Source: an uncultured Methanomassiliicoccales archaeon (GTDB lineage: Archaea; Thermoplasmatota; Thermoplasmata; Methanomassiliicoccales; UBA472). Taken from it: a DNA stretch of 64,000 nt. Positions 45,256 to 56,258 of this stretch are shown one piece after another. The notes below the pieces were generated by a model. It saw only the letters and a program-made list of their open reading frames with translations. It did not search any database and was not told the origin of the DNA. How positions within the stretch are numbered: position 1 is the stretch's first letter; each line of letters opens with the position of its first letter. The stretch lies in the NCBI GenBank assembly GCA_963695345.1, contig OY968769.1, forward strand, positions 384,001 through 448,000, given 5' to 3'. Made by a program: the position numbers and the translations under genes.

Positions 45256-47051
45256 ATGATTATCCGGGCCGATTCAATATCACGCGCCTTCAACGCCAAG
45301 GAAGTGCTGCGTTCGGCCACTTTACAGATCAACGAAGGGGACCGGGTCGGACTTGTGGGCAGGAACGGGGCCGGCAAGACCACTCTCCTGAAGATCCTCA
45401 TGGGAGAGCTCAAGCCGGATACTGGAGAGCTCTCGATCCGGGCGAAGAGGATATGCTACCTCTCACAGTTCGCGCAGGAAGGAGGTCCAGATAAGGTGGA
45501 GGACCTCCTGAACAGCACCTCCACATTGACCCAGCAGGAGAAAAGGATGGCCGAGCTGGAGAGGATGATGGTCGAAGGCCCGGAGAGCGGCGGCATGGAC
45601 TGGGATTCGCTCATGGAGGAGTATAACTCCCTGCATGAGGAGATCGCCAAGTCCAGTTCCAAGGGAAGCGGGACCAAGACCAAGGAAGCACTAGAATCGG
45701 TGGGCCTGGATCACATGACCGAAGGCCTCATGTCGGAGATGAGCGGGGGCGAACGCACCAAAGCCCGGATCGCCCAGATACTCATGCAGGCAGGGGATGC
45801 GGACCTGATCATCCTGGACGAACCGACCAGCCACCTGGACATCGATACCGTCGAATGGCTTGAGGAATATCTCATGAACATCGGATCGGGGCTTCTGATC
45901 GTGTCCCACGACCGTTATTTCATGGACCGGGTCGCCAACCAGATCGTGGAGCTGGAAGAGGGCGTCACGAATCAATATTCAGGCAATTACACCCAGTTCG
46001 TGGAGAAGAAGGAACTGGAATATGAACGGCTCAAGATGGCGGCGGAAAAGTACAGCACGGAAAAGGACCGGCTGGAGAAGATGGCCGAGCAGCAGCACGC
46101 CAAGCTATGGTACAAATCCACGCACAAGGTGACGCTCAAGCGCATTGACCGCATGGACAAGGTGGACCCTCCCCGGGAAGAGCGCGACATCAAAATGAGG
46201 ATCGACAGCGCCAGCCGTGGAGGGCGGGAGGCCATTCGGGCTAAGGAACGTGACGGTGGAGCTGGGCGGCAGGAAGATCATCAACTCACTCGACCTGGAC
46301 ATCGAGGTGGGCGACAAGGTCGGCATCATCGGCCCCAACGGCTGCGGCAAGACCACACTGATCAGGGCCATCATGGGAGAGGTGGAACACTCGGGTGAAC
46401 TGTGGGTCGCTCCGGGCGCCAAGATCGGTTACTTCGCCCAGGGCCACGACCACCTGAATCCGGACATCAGCGCGGAACAGCAGTTGCTCCTTGACCTGGG
46501 CCCGGACGAGAAGCTGAAGGCCAGAAGCCTGCTTGCCAGGCAGATGATCACCGGCTACGACGCCAACCGTCCGATAAGGACGCTCTCCGGAGGGGAGAGG
46601 GCCAAGGTTGCGCTGGCCTCGCTAATCGCAGAACGCCGCAACCTTCTGGTGCTGGATGAGCCGACTAACTATCTGGACATTCCCTCCAAGAACGCGGTCG
46701 AGTCGGCGTTGGCGGAATATACCGGGACCATGGTGGTCGTTACCCATGACCGTTATTTCCTGGATGCCGTGTGCAACAAGATATGCGAGATAAGGGACGG
46801 CAAGGCAAAGGTCTTCCCCGGAACATATACCGAGATGAAGGGTTCGAAGACCTTCCACGAGGTAGTGGTGGAGGAGGCGGCGATTCTACAAGGTGGTGTC
46901 CTCGTTCACCGAATGGACCTCAAAGAGGACCTTCAAACCGGGGGATAAGGTATCGGTCGCCCCCAGCGAGATGCCTCTCTTCAAATGGGCCTTTGACAAC
47001 GGAAAGCTAAAAAAGGTCCAGGGCACGGAGAAGAAGAAAATCCAACAATGA
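45256..47051 (+). CDS. ABC-F family ATPase; frameshifts at ~46245 and ~46880
   Basis: Two ABC domains (GRNGAGKT/MSGGE/LDEPT and GPNGCGKT/LSGGE/LDEPT) and no TM. After the second shift it reads FYKVVSSFTEW...KKKIQQ*. Confidence 0.9.
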
Positions 47052-47235
47052 GTCGATGTTGCCCCCGGCCCTGCAAAATATCTTTATTATCTAATCTATA
47101 TTTTTTAAATTCTGAACGGAATGGCATATCCATTCTCTGAATCTCAGAAGTTGCAATTAGGAGGGTACGCTTAAAATATCTAAAATCTGCTAATTTAGCC
47201 GAAGGTTCGGTCAGATCTTCAAGGTCAGGAATTGC

Positions 47236-50200
47236 ATGTTCGATATACTGGTCGTTGACGATGAAGAGGGCATTCTCGAGGCGACGAAAGAGTATCTTGA
47301 CCTTTCTGGCAGCTTCAGGATAGACACTGCCACCTCCGCAAAGGAGGGACTGAACCTGATCGCCCGTAAGCAATACGACGTGATCGTTTCCGACTATCAG
47401 ATGGCGGAGATGAACGGGATCGAGTTCCTCAAGATACTGAGGAAGGGCGGTGACCGAATCCCGTTCATCCTTTTCGCTGGGCATGCTGACAGAGAGGTGG
47501 CGTTCGAAGCGCTGAACTGCGGGGCCAACTTCCTCGTGATCAAGGGCGGGGAAGAGGATGAGACCAGCTTGGCCGAGCTGGTCATGGCCGTCAAGGCAAT
47601 GACCGAGCGGCGCATGGAAGAGATCGCCCTCAAGCGCAGTCTGGAAAGGTTCAAGCGGATCTATGGGGAACTGCCAGTTGGCATAGAGATATTCGACAAG
47701 GACGGAGTGCTTGCGGACCTGAACGACGCCGCGTTGTTCATATTGGGCATAACCGACCCGAATGAAGTGAAGGGGCTGAACATCTTCCGCGACCTGGAGC
47801 TTTCTGATGAGGCAAAGCGGAGGATCCGACGTGGAGAGTCGATAATCCATAGCTCGACCGTCGACCTGGAGCTATTGAAAAAGGTCCATGGGGTGAGATC
47901 GAAGCGTTCCGGGCTGATCTATGTAGAACGCATGATAACGCCGCTGGCCGGTATAGGGCCTTCCAACGACGGCTTCTTCATGCAGATCCGGGAGATCACG
48001 GAGAAGATGCACGAGGAGGCCCAATTGCGGTATCAGGCCTACCTTATGGAAAACGTGCGTGACGCTATCATCGCCACGGACAGCGATCATATCATCAATT
48101 CCTGGAACGCTGCCGCGGAAAGACTGTATGGATGGAGATCGGAAGAGGTCCTGGGCAAGAGCGCCAAAGAGATACTGCGGACCCACCGGACAACGGAAAC
48201 CCTGGATGACACATTCGGGCAATTGGAGTCGGCCTGCAGTATGGTCGGGGAGGTCCAGCAGAAACGAAAGGATGGCCTGGAGATCGATATGGAGATGACG
48301 GCCATCGCCCTAAAGAACCGCAATGGGCGGGTCACCGGTTATGTCGGCGTGTTCAGGGACATAGCCGAGAGGATAAAAGCCCGCAATGAGAGGGAACGAT
48401 CGTTCTCACTGCTCAAGGCCACACTGGAATCGACCGCGGACGGGATCCTCGTCATTGACATGGATGGAAGGATGACCGCCCACAACGACAAATTCCTGGA
48501 GATGTGGTGCATCCCGACCGAGGCAGTGGCAGCAGGGAAGGAGCTGGACATGAATAGCCTCATGGTCCGGCAGGTGCGGGACCCGATTGGATTCACATCG
48601 GTCATCGATCGATTGAAACTCCAGAACAACCACATAAGCCATGATGACGTGGAGCTGTTGGACGGGCGCATCTTTGAACGCTATTCCAGGCCTCAGAAGC
48701 TAGGCGAGAGGGTGGTCGGAAGGGTCTGGAGCTTCCGTGACGTGACGAAGAGAAGACGGGCTGAGGAAAGGCTCAGGGACTCGGAGGAGATGCTGCGCTC
48801 CATCTTGAACTACTCACCCGATGCCATCAATCTCATCGATATGGACGGGACCATCGTTGAATGCAATCCGAAGGCCCTCGAACTGACCGGTCTGAACAGC
48901 AAGGACGAGGTCATCGGCCATAACATGCTAGAAGCCATTTCACCCGATGAGCGGGAATGCATGATGGAGAACATCAAGGAGCTCATCGCGGCCGGCAACG
49001 CCAACCGCCTGGAGTACACGCTGGTGAAGTCCAACGGGGAGCCATATTTCGCCGAGGTGACCTCGTGGGCAGTGAAGGACAAGATGGGAGAACCGGCCCT
49101 CTTGGTATCGATGACCAAGGACATCACCGACCGGAAGAGGGCGGAAGAGGAACTCAAAAAGAGCCAGGACAGACTGCTCGCCGCCCAGCGTATCGCCCAC
49201 TTCGGATACTGGGAGTACGATCTGGAAACGGACCGGCTTTACCTATCCGATGAGGTCTTCGAGATCCTGGGATACCGTCCCCAGTCATTCGAGGCCACAT
49301 TCACCAAGTTCATACAGCATGTCCATCCGGACATGAGGGAACTCGTCAAGGGGGTCTTCCAGGAATCCGCCAGCGCGATCAGGGAGATCGATGCCGAGTT
49401 CCGCGCCCTGAAGGCGGACGGAACAGAGATATGGCTATATGACCGGTCGAAGCCGGTCATTGATACCTATGGAAAGCCGAAGATGCTCATCGGTACCCTG
49501 GCCGACATCACCGAACGCAAGCGCATAGAATCCAACATCCAACTGTCCAATCGGAAGCTGAACCTTCTCGGGGCGGTGACCCGCCATGACGTCCTGAACA
49601 TGCTGACCGTGCTCATGGGCAACATCGAGCTCGCCTCCTCCATATCGACGGACGAACGGTCCAAGAAGTACCTCAACCGGTCGAAGGACGCGGCCATGGT
49701 GATCCAGAAACAGATGGAGTACACCCGTTCCTACGAAAAGCTAGGTTCGAAAGGTTCCGACTGGATCAACGTGAGCAAGGTCCTGAGGTTCAACATGCCC
49801 CACCTGAACCTGAACGGCACCAAGGTGAACATGGAGATCGGGGACCTGGAGCTCTACGCCGACACCATGCTGGACAAGGCGCTCAGCAATGTGATGGAGA
49901 ATTCCGTGAGGCATGGGGAGAAGGTCAAGAACATCACCATACGCTGTCAGGAGGACGGGTGCGACCTGAGGCTTTACGTCGAGGACGACGGGATCGGCAT
50001 CGCCGAGGATGAGAAGGAGATGATCTTCCGGCGTGGCTACGGAAAGCACACTGGTCTCGGCCTCAATCTGACCAGGGAGATACTGGGAATCACCGGGATG
50101 ACCATCAAGGAAGTGGGAATGCCCGGTGAAGGCGCCCGCTTCGAGATCGGTATCCCAAGCGGCAAATTCCGCTTCCGTGGGACCGAATTGGCCGAAACCT

Positions 50201-50244
50201 CCTACGAGCTAATGGAAAAGTCCGGCCGGACATCCGGTTTCTGA
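47236..50244 (+). CDS. REC-multi-PAS-histidine kinase
   Basis: VVDDE/SDYQM receiver, about five PAS domains, TRHDVLN, NSVRHG and GLGL. Confidence 0.95.
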   Translation: MFDILVVDDEEGILEATKEYLDLSGSFRIDTATSAKEGLNLIARKQYDVIVSDYQMAEMNGIEFLKILRKGGDRIPFILFAGHADREVAFEALNCGANFLVIKGGEEDETSLAELVMAVKAMTERRMEEIALKRSLERFKRIYGELPVGIEIFDKDGVLADLNDAALFILGITDPNEVKGLNIFRDLELSDEAKRRIRRGESIIHSSTVDLELLKKVHGVRSKRSGLIYVERMITPLAGIGPSNDGFFMQIREITEKMHEEAQLRYQAYLMENVRDAIIATDSDHIINSWNAAAERLYGWRSEEVLGKSAKEILRTHRTTETLDDTFGQLESACSMVGEVQQKRKDGLEIDMEMTAIALKNRNGRVTGYVGVFRDIAERIKARNERERSFSLLKATLESTADGILVIDMDGRMTAHNDKFLEMWCIPTEAVAAGKELDMNSLMVRQVRDPIGFTSVIDRLKLQNNHISHDDVELLDGRIFERYSRPQKLGERVVGRVWSFRDVTKRRRAEERLRDSEEMLRSILNYSPDAINLIDMDGTIVECNPKALELTGLNSKDEVIGHNMLEAISPDERECMMENIKELIAAGNANRLEYTLVKSNGEPYFAEVTSWAVKDKMGEPALLVSMTKDITDRKRAEEELKKSQDRLLAAQRIAHFGYWEYDLETDRLYLSDEVFEILGYRPQSFEATFTKFIQHVHPDMRELVKGVFQESASAIREIDAEFRALKADGTEIWLYDRSKPVIDTYGKPKMLIGTLADITERKRIESNIQLSNRKLNLLGAVTRHDVLNMLTVLMGNIELASSISTDERSKKYLNRSKDAAMVIQKQMEYTRSYEKLGSKGSDWINVSKVLRFNMPHLNLNGTKVNMEIGDLELYADTMLDKALSNVMENSVRHGEKVKNITIRCQEDGCDLRLYVEDDGIGIAEDEKEMIFRRGYGKHTGLGLNLTREILGITGMTIKEVGMPGEGARFEIGIPSGKFRFRGTELAETSYELMEKSGRTSGF

Positions 50245-50252
50245 CCTTCCGT

Positions 50253-51215
50253 CTAAGGCAATAACGCGGTCCCGACGATCCGGAGCTTCCCACCTTCCAG
50301 CTGGGTCAAAACCGCCCTCGATCCGGGTGCGTGGATCACGCCCTTTTCCAGTGAGAGCGTCAGGATCGGTCTCTTCCAATCGTTTCCGTTTTCCACACCG
50401 ACCACCCGGGCCGGCAGGAATTGCATCCAGTGGCAAACATGAAGCACCATGCCCTCCTTGATCGCCGATGGCCAGTACTTGATCAGTTCGGCCTGTACCT
50501 TGAGCGAGACATCGACCTTGATCGTCTCATCGTTGGTCAGCACATAGCCCCGGTCCAATTCGTCCGCCTCGACGCCCTTCAGGGCCAGACCGACCCGGTC
50601 GCCCCGGTAGGCCACATCGAAATCGTCATCATGCTTCTGGATCGACCGGACCAAGGCCGATTTCGCCGTGGGAAGCACCTTCAGCGTCTCGTGCTTCTTC
50701 ACTCCACCATTGGCCACATATCCGAGGATGACCGTTCCCACTCCTTTGACGTTGAAATGGTGGTCGATCGGAATGGCCCCGACCTTGCTGGGCGCCGCGT
50801 CCGGCTGCATCTTGGCCGCCATGCCCAAGAGCATCTCCCTGATCTCCACGGGATTGTTCTCGATGAATTGGTACTTCTCCAGCCTGGTCCCCTTGATGAA
50901 CGGCGCGATCTTGTCCGCGGTGAGGTAGTTGCGCAGTATGAAAAAACCCTGGTCCACCCCGGCACAATCCAGCATGAGGATGCACTCGCCGAGCTGGGCG
51001 TTGATCTCATCGACCACGACCAGTGCCAGGTTGGCCATGGATACGGAATAGAACAGGGAGTTGATGCGCTCCGGATACTTTGTCGGCTCTATCAGGGTGA
51101 CCGTGTCCTGGTCCTTCTTTATGTCATAAAGAGTGATGTCGGTGGAAGTCCCCTTCTTGGCCAGGTCCTTGGCGTAATCGATCGGCCCGATCATAGCGAC
51201 ATTGAGGTTTCCCAT
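50253..51215 (-). CDS. Archaeal SelB-like translation factor (aSelBL) with degenerate G domain
   Basis: LAKKGTSTDITLY; EF-Tu domain II IDHHFNVKGVGTVILG, VRSIQKHD, GDRVGLALKG; no Walker A. Confidence 0.85.
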   Translation of the reverse strand: MGNLNVAMIGPIDYAKDLAKKGTSTDITLYDIKKDQDTVTLIEPTKYPERINSLFYSVSMANLALVVVDEINAQLGECILMLDCAGVDQGFFILRNYLTADKIAPFIKGTRLEKYQFIENNPVEIREMLLGMAAKMQPDAAPSKVGAIPIDHHFNVKGVGTVILGYVANGGVKKHETLKVLPTAKSALVRSIQKHDDDFDVAYRGDRVGLALKGVEADELDRGYVLTNDETIKVDVSLKVQAELIKYWPSAIKEGMVLHVCHWMQFLPARVVGVENGNDWKRPILTLSLEKGVIHAPGSRAVLTQLEGGKLRIVGTALLP

Positions 51216-51493
51216 GCTGGCGAATATAGCTGGTCATGATAAAAGCGTTTTCTAGATGAGAACAACCCTCACTTGGACCTTGGGAAATATTCTCGAGAGC
51301 GATGACAACGTCCTGAGTCCCCGTGCACCATGGCTTCCTCGGCTGTTCTGGGATACTGGCCTCATCAACCAATTGTATCAATCTCCTTGGTTCCGGTCAC
51401 CTGATGCGGTAAGTGCTGCCACGGGTGGCGATACTCGTTCCAGTCATGTTTAATACAGGATTGACGAATGAAGATTGCATTGGAGATGACCCG

Positions 51494-52963
51494 TTGCTAG
51501 AAGAACTGGACCTTGACAGGGGCATGGGAGACAAGGAGTTCTCGAAGAGGATGGACCTGCTCAGGCCCAGATTGGGTGAGATGCTGCGCAAGGCCAGGGA
51601 TTCTAATCGCCCGGTCATGGTGGTCTTTGAGGGCTGGGACTCGACCTGCATGAGCAGGATCGTCAATGATTACATCCGTTGTCTGGACCCGAGAGGTTTC
51701 GATCTCCATGCCATTGGTGAGCCCACCGAAGAGGAGATGGACCATCCTTTCATGTGGCGCTTCATGGTCCGCACTCCGGAAAGGGGAAGGATGGGTATCT
51801 TCGACCAAAGCTGGTACTCCAGAACTCTAGAGGAGAGGCTTGGGCATAATGAGGATGCGGTGCCGCTGCGGTCTTTGGAGGAGATATTGTCATTCGAACG
51901 GGAGATGGCCGCTGACCACTGCACCATAATCAAGTATTTCCTGCACATGAGCAAGAAGGAGCACCGAAAAAGGCAGGAGAAGGTCCACAAAGGCGGAGCC
52001 AAGCGCTGCGTGCTTACCCGGGACACTCTAGACCATCACCGGGAATATGAAACGTTCCTTCCCATCGTCGAAGGCATGCTTGAAAGAACTTCCCGCCCCT
52101 ATGCTCCCTGGACGCCAGTGGAGGCAGAGGATGACAACTTCGCCTTGTGCAAAGTGATAGAGCACAGCATATCCGTTCTGGAGCGATCGACCGGAAATAG
52201 TGACGAAAACACCGCCCTGACCCGCAGCACTGGCAGATATCCGGTGAAGCCAATGTCGCTCAAGGACATAGACCTCTCGGTAACTGCTGACCCAGACGAA
52301 TACAAGGAAAAACTGAAGAAATACCAGGAGAAGGTGGCCGAGCTCCAATGCCAGATGGCCTCGGCAAAGGCCCCCATGGTCATCGCGTTCGAAGGGTGGG
52401 ACGCGGCTGGGAAAGGGGGCGCGATATTAAGGCTTACGGACAATCTGGACCCGAGAGGCTACCGGGTGGTCCCGATATTCGCCCCAAACGACATCGAATT
52501 GGCGCATCACTACCTGTGGCGTTTCCATACCAGACTGCCGAGGAATGGTCACATAGCCATATTCGATCGCACCTGGTACGGAAGAGTGCTGGTTGAACGC
52601 GTGGAAGGTTATGCTGAACCAGAGGTCTGGGAGAGGGCGTACACCGAGATCAACGAGATGGAGGAGATGCTGGCGGACTCCGGGACCGCCATGGTGAAGA
52701 TCTGGCTCCAGATAGATAAGGAAACCCAGTTGAAGCGATTCAAGGAAAGGGAGACCGAGGCGGACAAACAATGGAAGATCACTCCGGATGATTGGAGGAA
52801 CCGAGAGAAATGGGACCAGTACGAGGCCGCGGTCGAGGATATGCTCATGAGGACATCCACCAAGAAGGCGCCCTGGACCGTGGTGGAATCCAATGACAAG
52901 TACTATGCTAGGCTCAAAGTCCTCAGGACGGTCATCGAAGCGGCGGAGCATGTGCTGGAATGA
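51494..52963 (+). CDS. Two-domain PPK2 (polyphosphate:AMP phosphotransferase, class II)
   Basis: Tandem PPK2 domains: a degenerate EGWDSTCMS and an intact EGWDAAGKGG with FDRTWYGRVLVERVE. TTG start follows GGAGA. Confidence 0.9.
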   Translation: MLEELDLDRGMGDKEFSKRMDLLRPRLGEMLRKARDSNRPVMVVFEGWDSTCMSRIVNDYIRCLDPRGFDLHAIGEPTEEEMDHPFMWRFMVRTPERGRMGIFDQSWYSRTLEERLGHNEDAVPLRSLEEILSFEREMAADHCTIIKYFLHMSKKEHRKRQEKVHKGGAKRCVLTRDTLDHHREYETFLPIVEGMLERTSRPYAPWTPVEAEDDNFALCKVIEHSISVLERSTGNSDENTALTRSTGRYPVKPMSLKDIDLSVTADPDEYKEKLKKYQEKVAELQCQMASAKAPMVIAFEGWDAAGKGGAILRLTDNLDPRGYRVVPIFAPNDIELAHHYLWRFHTRLPRNGHIAIFDRTWYGRVLVERVEGYAEPEVWERAYTEINEMEEMLADSGTAMVKIWLQIDKETQLKRFKERETEADKQWKITPDDWRNREKWDQYEAAVEDMLMRTSTKKAPWTVVESNDKYYARLKVLRTVIEAAEHVLE

Positions 52964-53122
52964 TATTCGCCAACCAAATAAACCCGATAATCACATGTTC
53001 GTTGGAATGATCGAATTCTGATTTTTTCGGTCATCCGAGGGGTTATTGAGCACGTTCGGATACTCCGACCGATTTCCGGCTCCCAACCGTAAGTATATCA
53101 TAGGTGGTCGTGTTGGTGGGCC

Positions 53123-53281
53123 ATGGCGCATAGCCCCGGCATAATGTTAGACAGTCAGGTAAAAGGACGATTCAGACCCGTTTATTGTCAAGAGAAGCGA
53201 GATGTCTGCCGGACCAAGAAGTGTCAATCGTATGACCCGCACAAACAGAAGTGCCTGCTCCTCAATATCGAGCTCAACTGA
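53123..53281 (+). CDS. Putative Cys4 microprotein (52 aa)
   Basis: Manual translation: MAHSPGIMLDSQVKGRFRPVYCQEKRDVCRTKKCQSYDPHKQKCLLLNIELN*; TATA-like AAGTATAT about 25-30 nt upstream. Confidence 0.5.
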   Translation: MAHSPGIMLDSQVKGRFRPVYCQEKRDVCRTKKCQSYDPHKQKCLLLNIELN

Positions 53282-53589
53282 TCGGCCAGATCAACCATTT
53301 GCGCCATCCCGGTGTTCTCTCGGATGTCGTGGATGAACACGGCCACCCGGCCATCCATTTTGTGACCCTTTCGTAGATCAGACCTAGGGCTCTTGTTACG
53401 GACATAAACCTCGATAACCGCCCAGGATATGGCCCCGATCAGGGATGCCCTTGTTTCGGCCCTTGGAAGAAGGAATAACCTTGATAATTTATTTCTCACT
53501 CCATTATTTATTTGTTAAATATCGAATATATTAAAAGAACCTTGAAATAATCGTGATGAGGATGTGAAATTGACCAGAGGCTGCCACAC

Positions 53590-53874
53590 ATGACAAGGAC
53601 GATCATTGATGTAGAACTGGGTAAGACATTTCATATCAAGGTGGAGGCCACACCTTCCACCGGTTACGTTTGGGCTCCAGTGTATGACAAGGAGTTCCTG
53701 AACTTGCTTGGCGAAGAGTTCGAGAGGACGTCGAATGCGATAGGAGGCGGTGGGATCCTCGAGTTCTCCTTTCTTGCTTTGAGAACCGGGAAGACCGACA
53801 TCGCACTCCAGTTGCGGCGCCCGTGGGAGGCGGACGTGGCCGAGACCCGATATTTTGAAATTGAAATCCTTTAA
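53590..53874 (+). CDS. Chagasin (I42) cysteine-protease inhibitor family protein
   Basis: EATPSTGYVW, IGGGG and RRPWE motifs. Confidence 0.9.
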   Translation: MTRTIIDVELGKTFHIKVEATPSTGYVWAPVYDKEFLNLLGEEFERTSNAIGGGGILEFSFLALRTGKTDIALQLRRPWEADVAETRYFEIEIL

Positions 53875-54795
53875 CCTTCCGGCGCTCACAATCCATTTTG
53901 GTCAAGCACGGTACAATGGAGATTACGCGCAAACACTACGAAACGCGACCGTTTCAAAACCTCATTGCGTTAACGATCGGGGGAGAGGCGCAGGCCTCTG
54001 AGACCTCCCAGTGATCAAACCACGATCTTGACCTGGGGGCACGGCCGGCGGTTGCAGTAAGTCACGTGGTGGTCCGGGTCGAGGATCATCTCGCTAGCCG
54101 GCCGCGCCATCAGCAATCAGTCTAGTTTGGTTAAACGCCTTTCGAGACAGTTATCAACGGGTGGAAAAACATAATCGATAATAAGGACCCAGGTCGAGGT
54201 ACGCCGTCGCCCCGGGAGGAGGGGTATAATGAGAAACGACGGCGCAATATGATTTAGCACGCCATATAATAAGATTCTTTCGCTCGTCACGATGGAGCAA
54301 GGTCGAAATCCACTGAAATGATCAAAAAGGTCCACGATAACCACCGCCATGAGAGAGCCTATTTATCATCTCGAGACAATGGAAATAACTTGTTTTCGAT
54401 CGAAAAAGGATATTTCAGGACCCCGCTTTCTCATCATCGGGGCGGGATTCTCTGCCAGTGTTTGGTAGGCAGGCCGGGAGAACATAGATGGCTAAATTTC
54501 TGTTGTCCGGCCATGCCTGATCATCTGAACCATATCCTGATTTGATATACCTACTTGACCGGTTCTTGTTTCTGATAATCATTGGTCAATAGAAATCACT
54601 GCTGGAGTGTTGGAGACATCAAGAAAAAGGGTCTGTGTCCCCTAGCACTTTCCCGTAACCCGCGCAGGTCTGATGCCGATGAGGAATGGACAATCCCGAT
54701 TGGCCCCCGGATAGGACGCCAGTAGGAGGAGACAAGCATAATCATATAAGGATGTGTCAATATCGGACAAATAGAAAAGAGAAAACGTGAATTTA

Positions 54796-56212
54796 ATGAC
54801 CGCGACTTTCGAATCACTAAACTTTGAACCGTACATCATGAAGGCCATTGAAAAGATGGGCTTCGAAGAACCGACCCCAGTGCAGGTTGAGACGATCCCC
54901 CTTCTAATGGAGGGAAAGGATGTCATGGCCCAGGCCCAAACCGGAACGGGCAAGACGGCAGCGTTCGGAATCCCGATATTGCAGAAACTTACCTGCGGCA
55001 GGAAGCCCTCGGCGCTCATTCTGGTCCCGACTAGGGAGCTGGGCGTGCAAGTGGCGGCTGAGATCAGCCGATTGGCGGAGTTCATGAAGGGGGTTAGCAT
55101 CCTTCCGATCTATGGAGGTCGCTCCCTGGACGAGCAGTTCCGTGCCCTGGAACGGGGGGTCGACATCGTGGTCGCCACTCCGGGCCGTCTGATGGACCAC
55201 ATGCAGAGGAAGACCATCGACCTCAGCGAGGTTCAGTTCCTCGTTCTCGATGAGGCCGACCGCATGCTTGACATGGGATTCATCGAAGACATCGATTATA
55301 TCCTGTCGAAGTTGCCCACAGCAGCGCCAGTCGATGCTGTTCTCGGCAACGATCCCGGAATCGGTCCGGAAGATCGCCGCCGAGCACATGCACGATCCGA
55401 TCAGGGTCATAGTCAGTGAGGACAAGCTGGTCCTTCCTTCCACCCGGCAGATCTATTTCAACATCGAGAGGAAGAACAAGATATGGGCGCTGTGCCGTGT
55501 GCTGGACAAGTACCAGCCTAAGGCCATGGTGTTCGCCCAGACGAAGATGATGGTCAACACCATCGAGCGGGTTCTGAAATCCTACGGCTATCCGGTGGCG
55601 TCCCTTCACGGCGATCTCACCCAGTCGAGGAGGGAGAAGGTGCTCGGCGACTTCCGCGCCGGGAAGATCCAGGTGTTGATCGCAACGGACGTGGCCGCCC
55701 GTGGTTTGGACATCGAGGACGTCACCCACGTTATCAACTTCGATATCCCCGAGGACCCTGAAGTGTACGTCCACCGCATCGGCAGGACTGGAAGGGCAGG
55801 GAAGGAAGGCGTCGCCATAACGTTCATCACCGCCCGTGAGATGTATCTCCTGAAGAAGATCAAGGAGTTCGGGGTCGTCGAGATGCTGGAAGAACCGGTC
55901 CCCGAGTCCGGCCAGAAGGACGTGGTCCGTAGGGTCGTCGATTTCGAAGCCTATTCGGACATTTTCGGCATGGTCAAGTTCCGGGTCTCCCTGGGGGAGA
56001 AAGACCATATCCGTTCGATCGATATCGTGGATATCCTGTCCCGGCGTCTCCGGGTGAACGAGATGTCGATCGGCAACATCGAGATCCACGATGAGTACAC
56101 CGAGGTGGAAGTGCATAAGGACGCGGCGTTAAAAGCGCTGACCGGTCTGAGGGCGATGGATATCAACGGAAAGAAGCTCCATGTGGACATGGTGCCGGTA
56201 AAGAACTTCTAG
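54796..56212 (+). CDS. DEAD-box RNA helicase (DeaD/CsdA-like, DbpA-type C-terminal domain); frameshift at ~55317
   Basis: Q motif, AQTGTGKT, PTREL, DEAD, SAT and HRIGRTGR. Confidence 0.95.
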
Positions 56213-56258
56213 TCGGTTCAAAAAAAGAAATCTTCAGGGGCATCCGGCCCCGTAAGGT

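Noticed and set aside
51290-51410. C/D-box sRNA (CGATGA-N7-CTGA)
   Set aside because: Spacing too short for a guide, and no proper C'/D' pair.
53224-53499. 91-aa minus-strand ORF
   Set aside because: No recognisable motif, and it overlaps the better-supported Cys4 microprotein.
54020-54110. HDV-like or twister ribozyme
   Set aside because: Crossing stems are present, but the HDV P3/L3/P1.1 core and twister conserved nucleotides are not.
55280-56116. Long antisense ORFs (also 50421..51239, 57048..57881, 46981..47850, 31766..32545)
   Set aside because: Mirror frames of GC3-rich real genes with no independent motifs.
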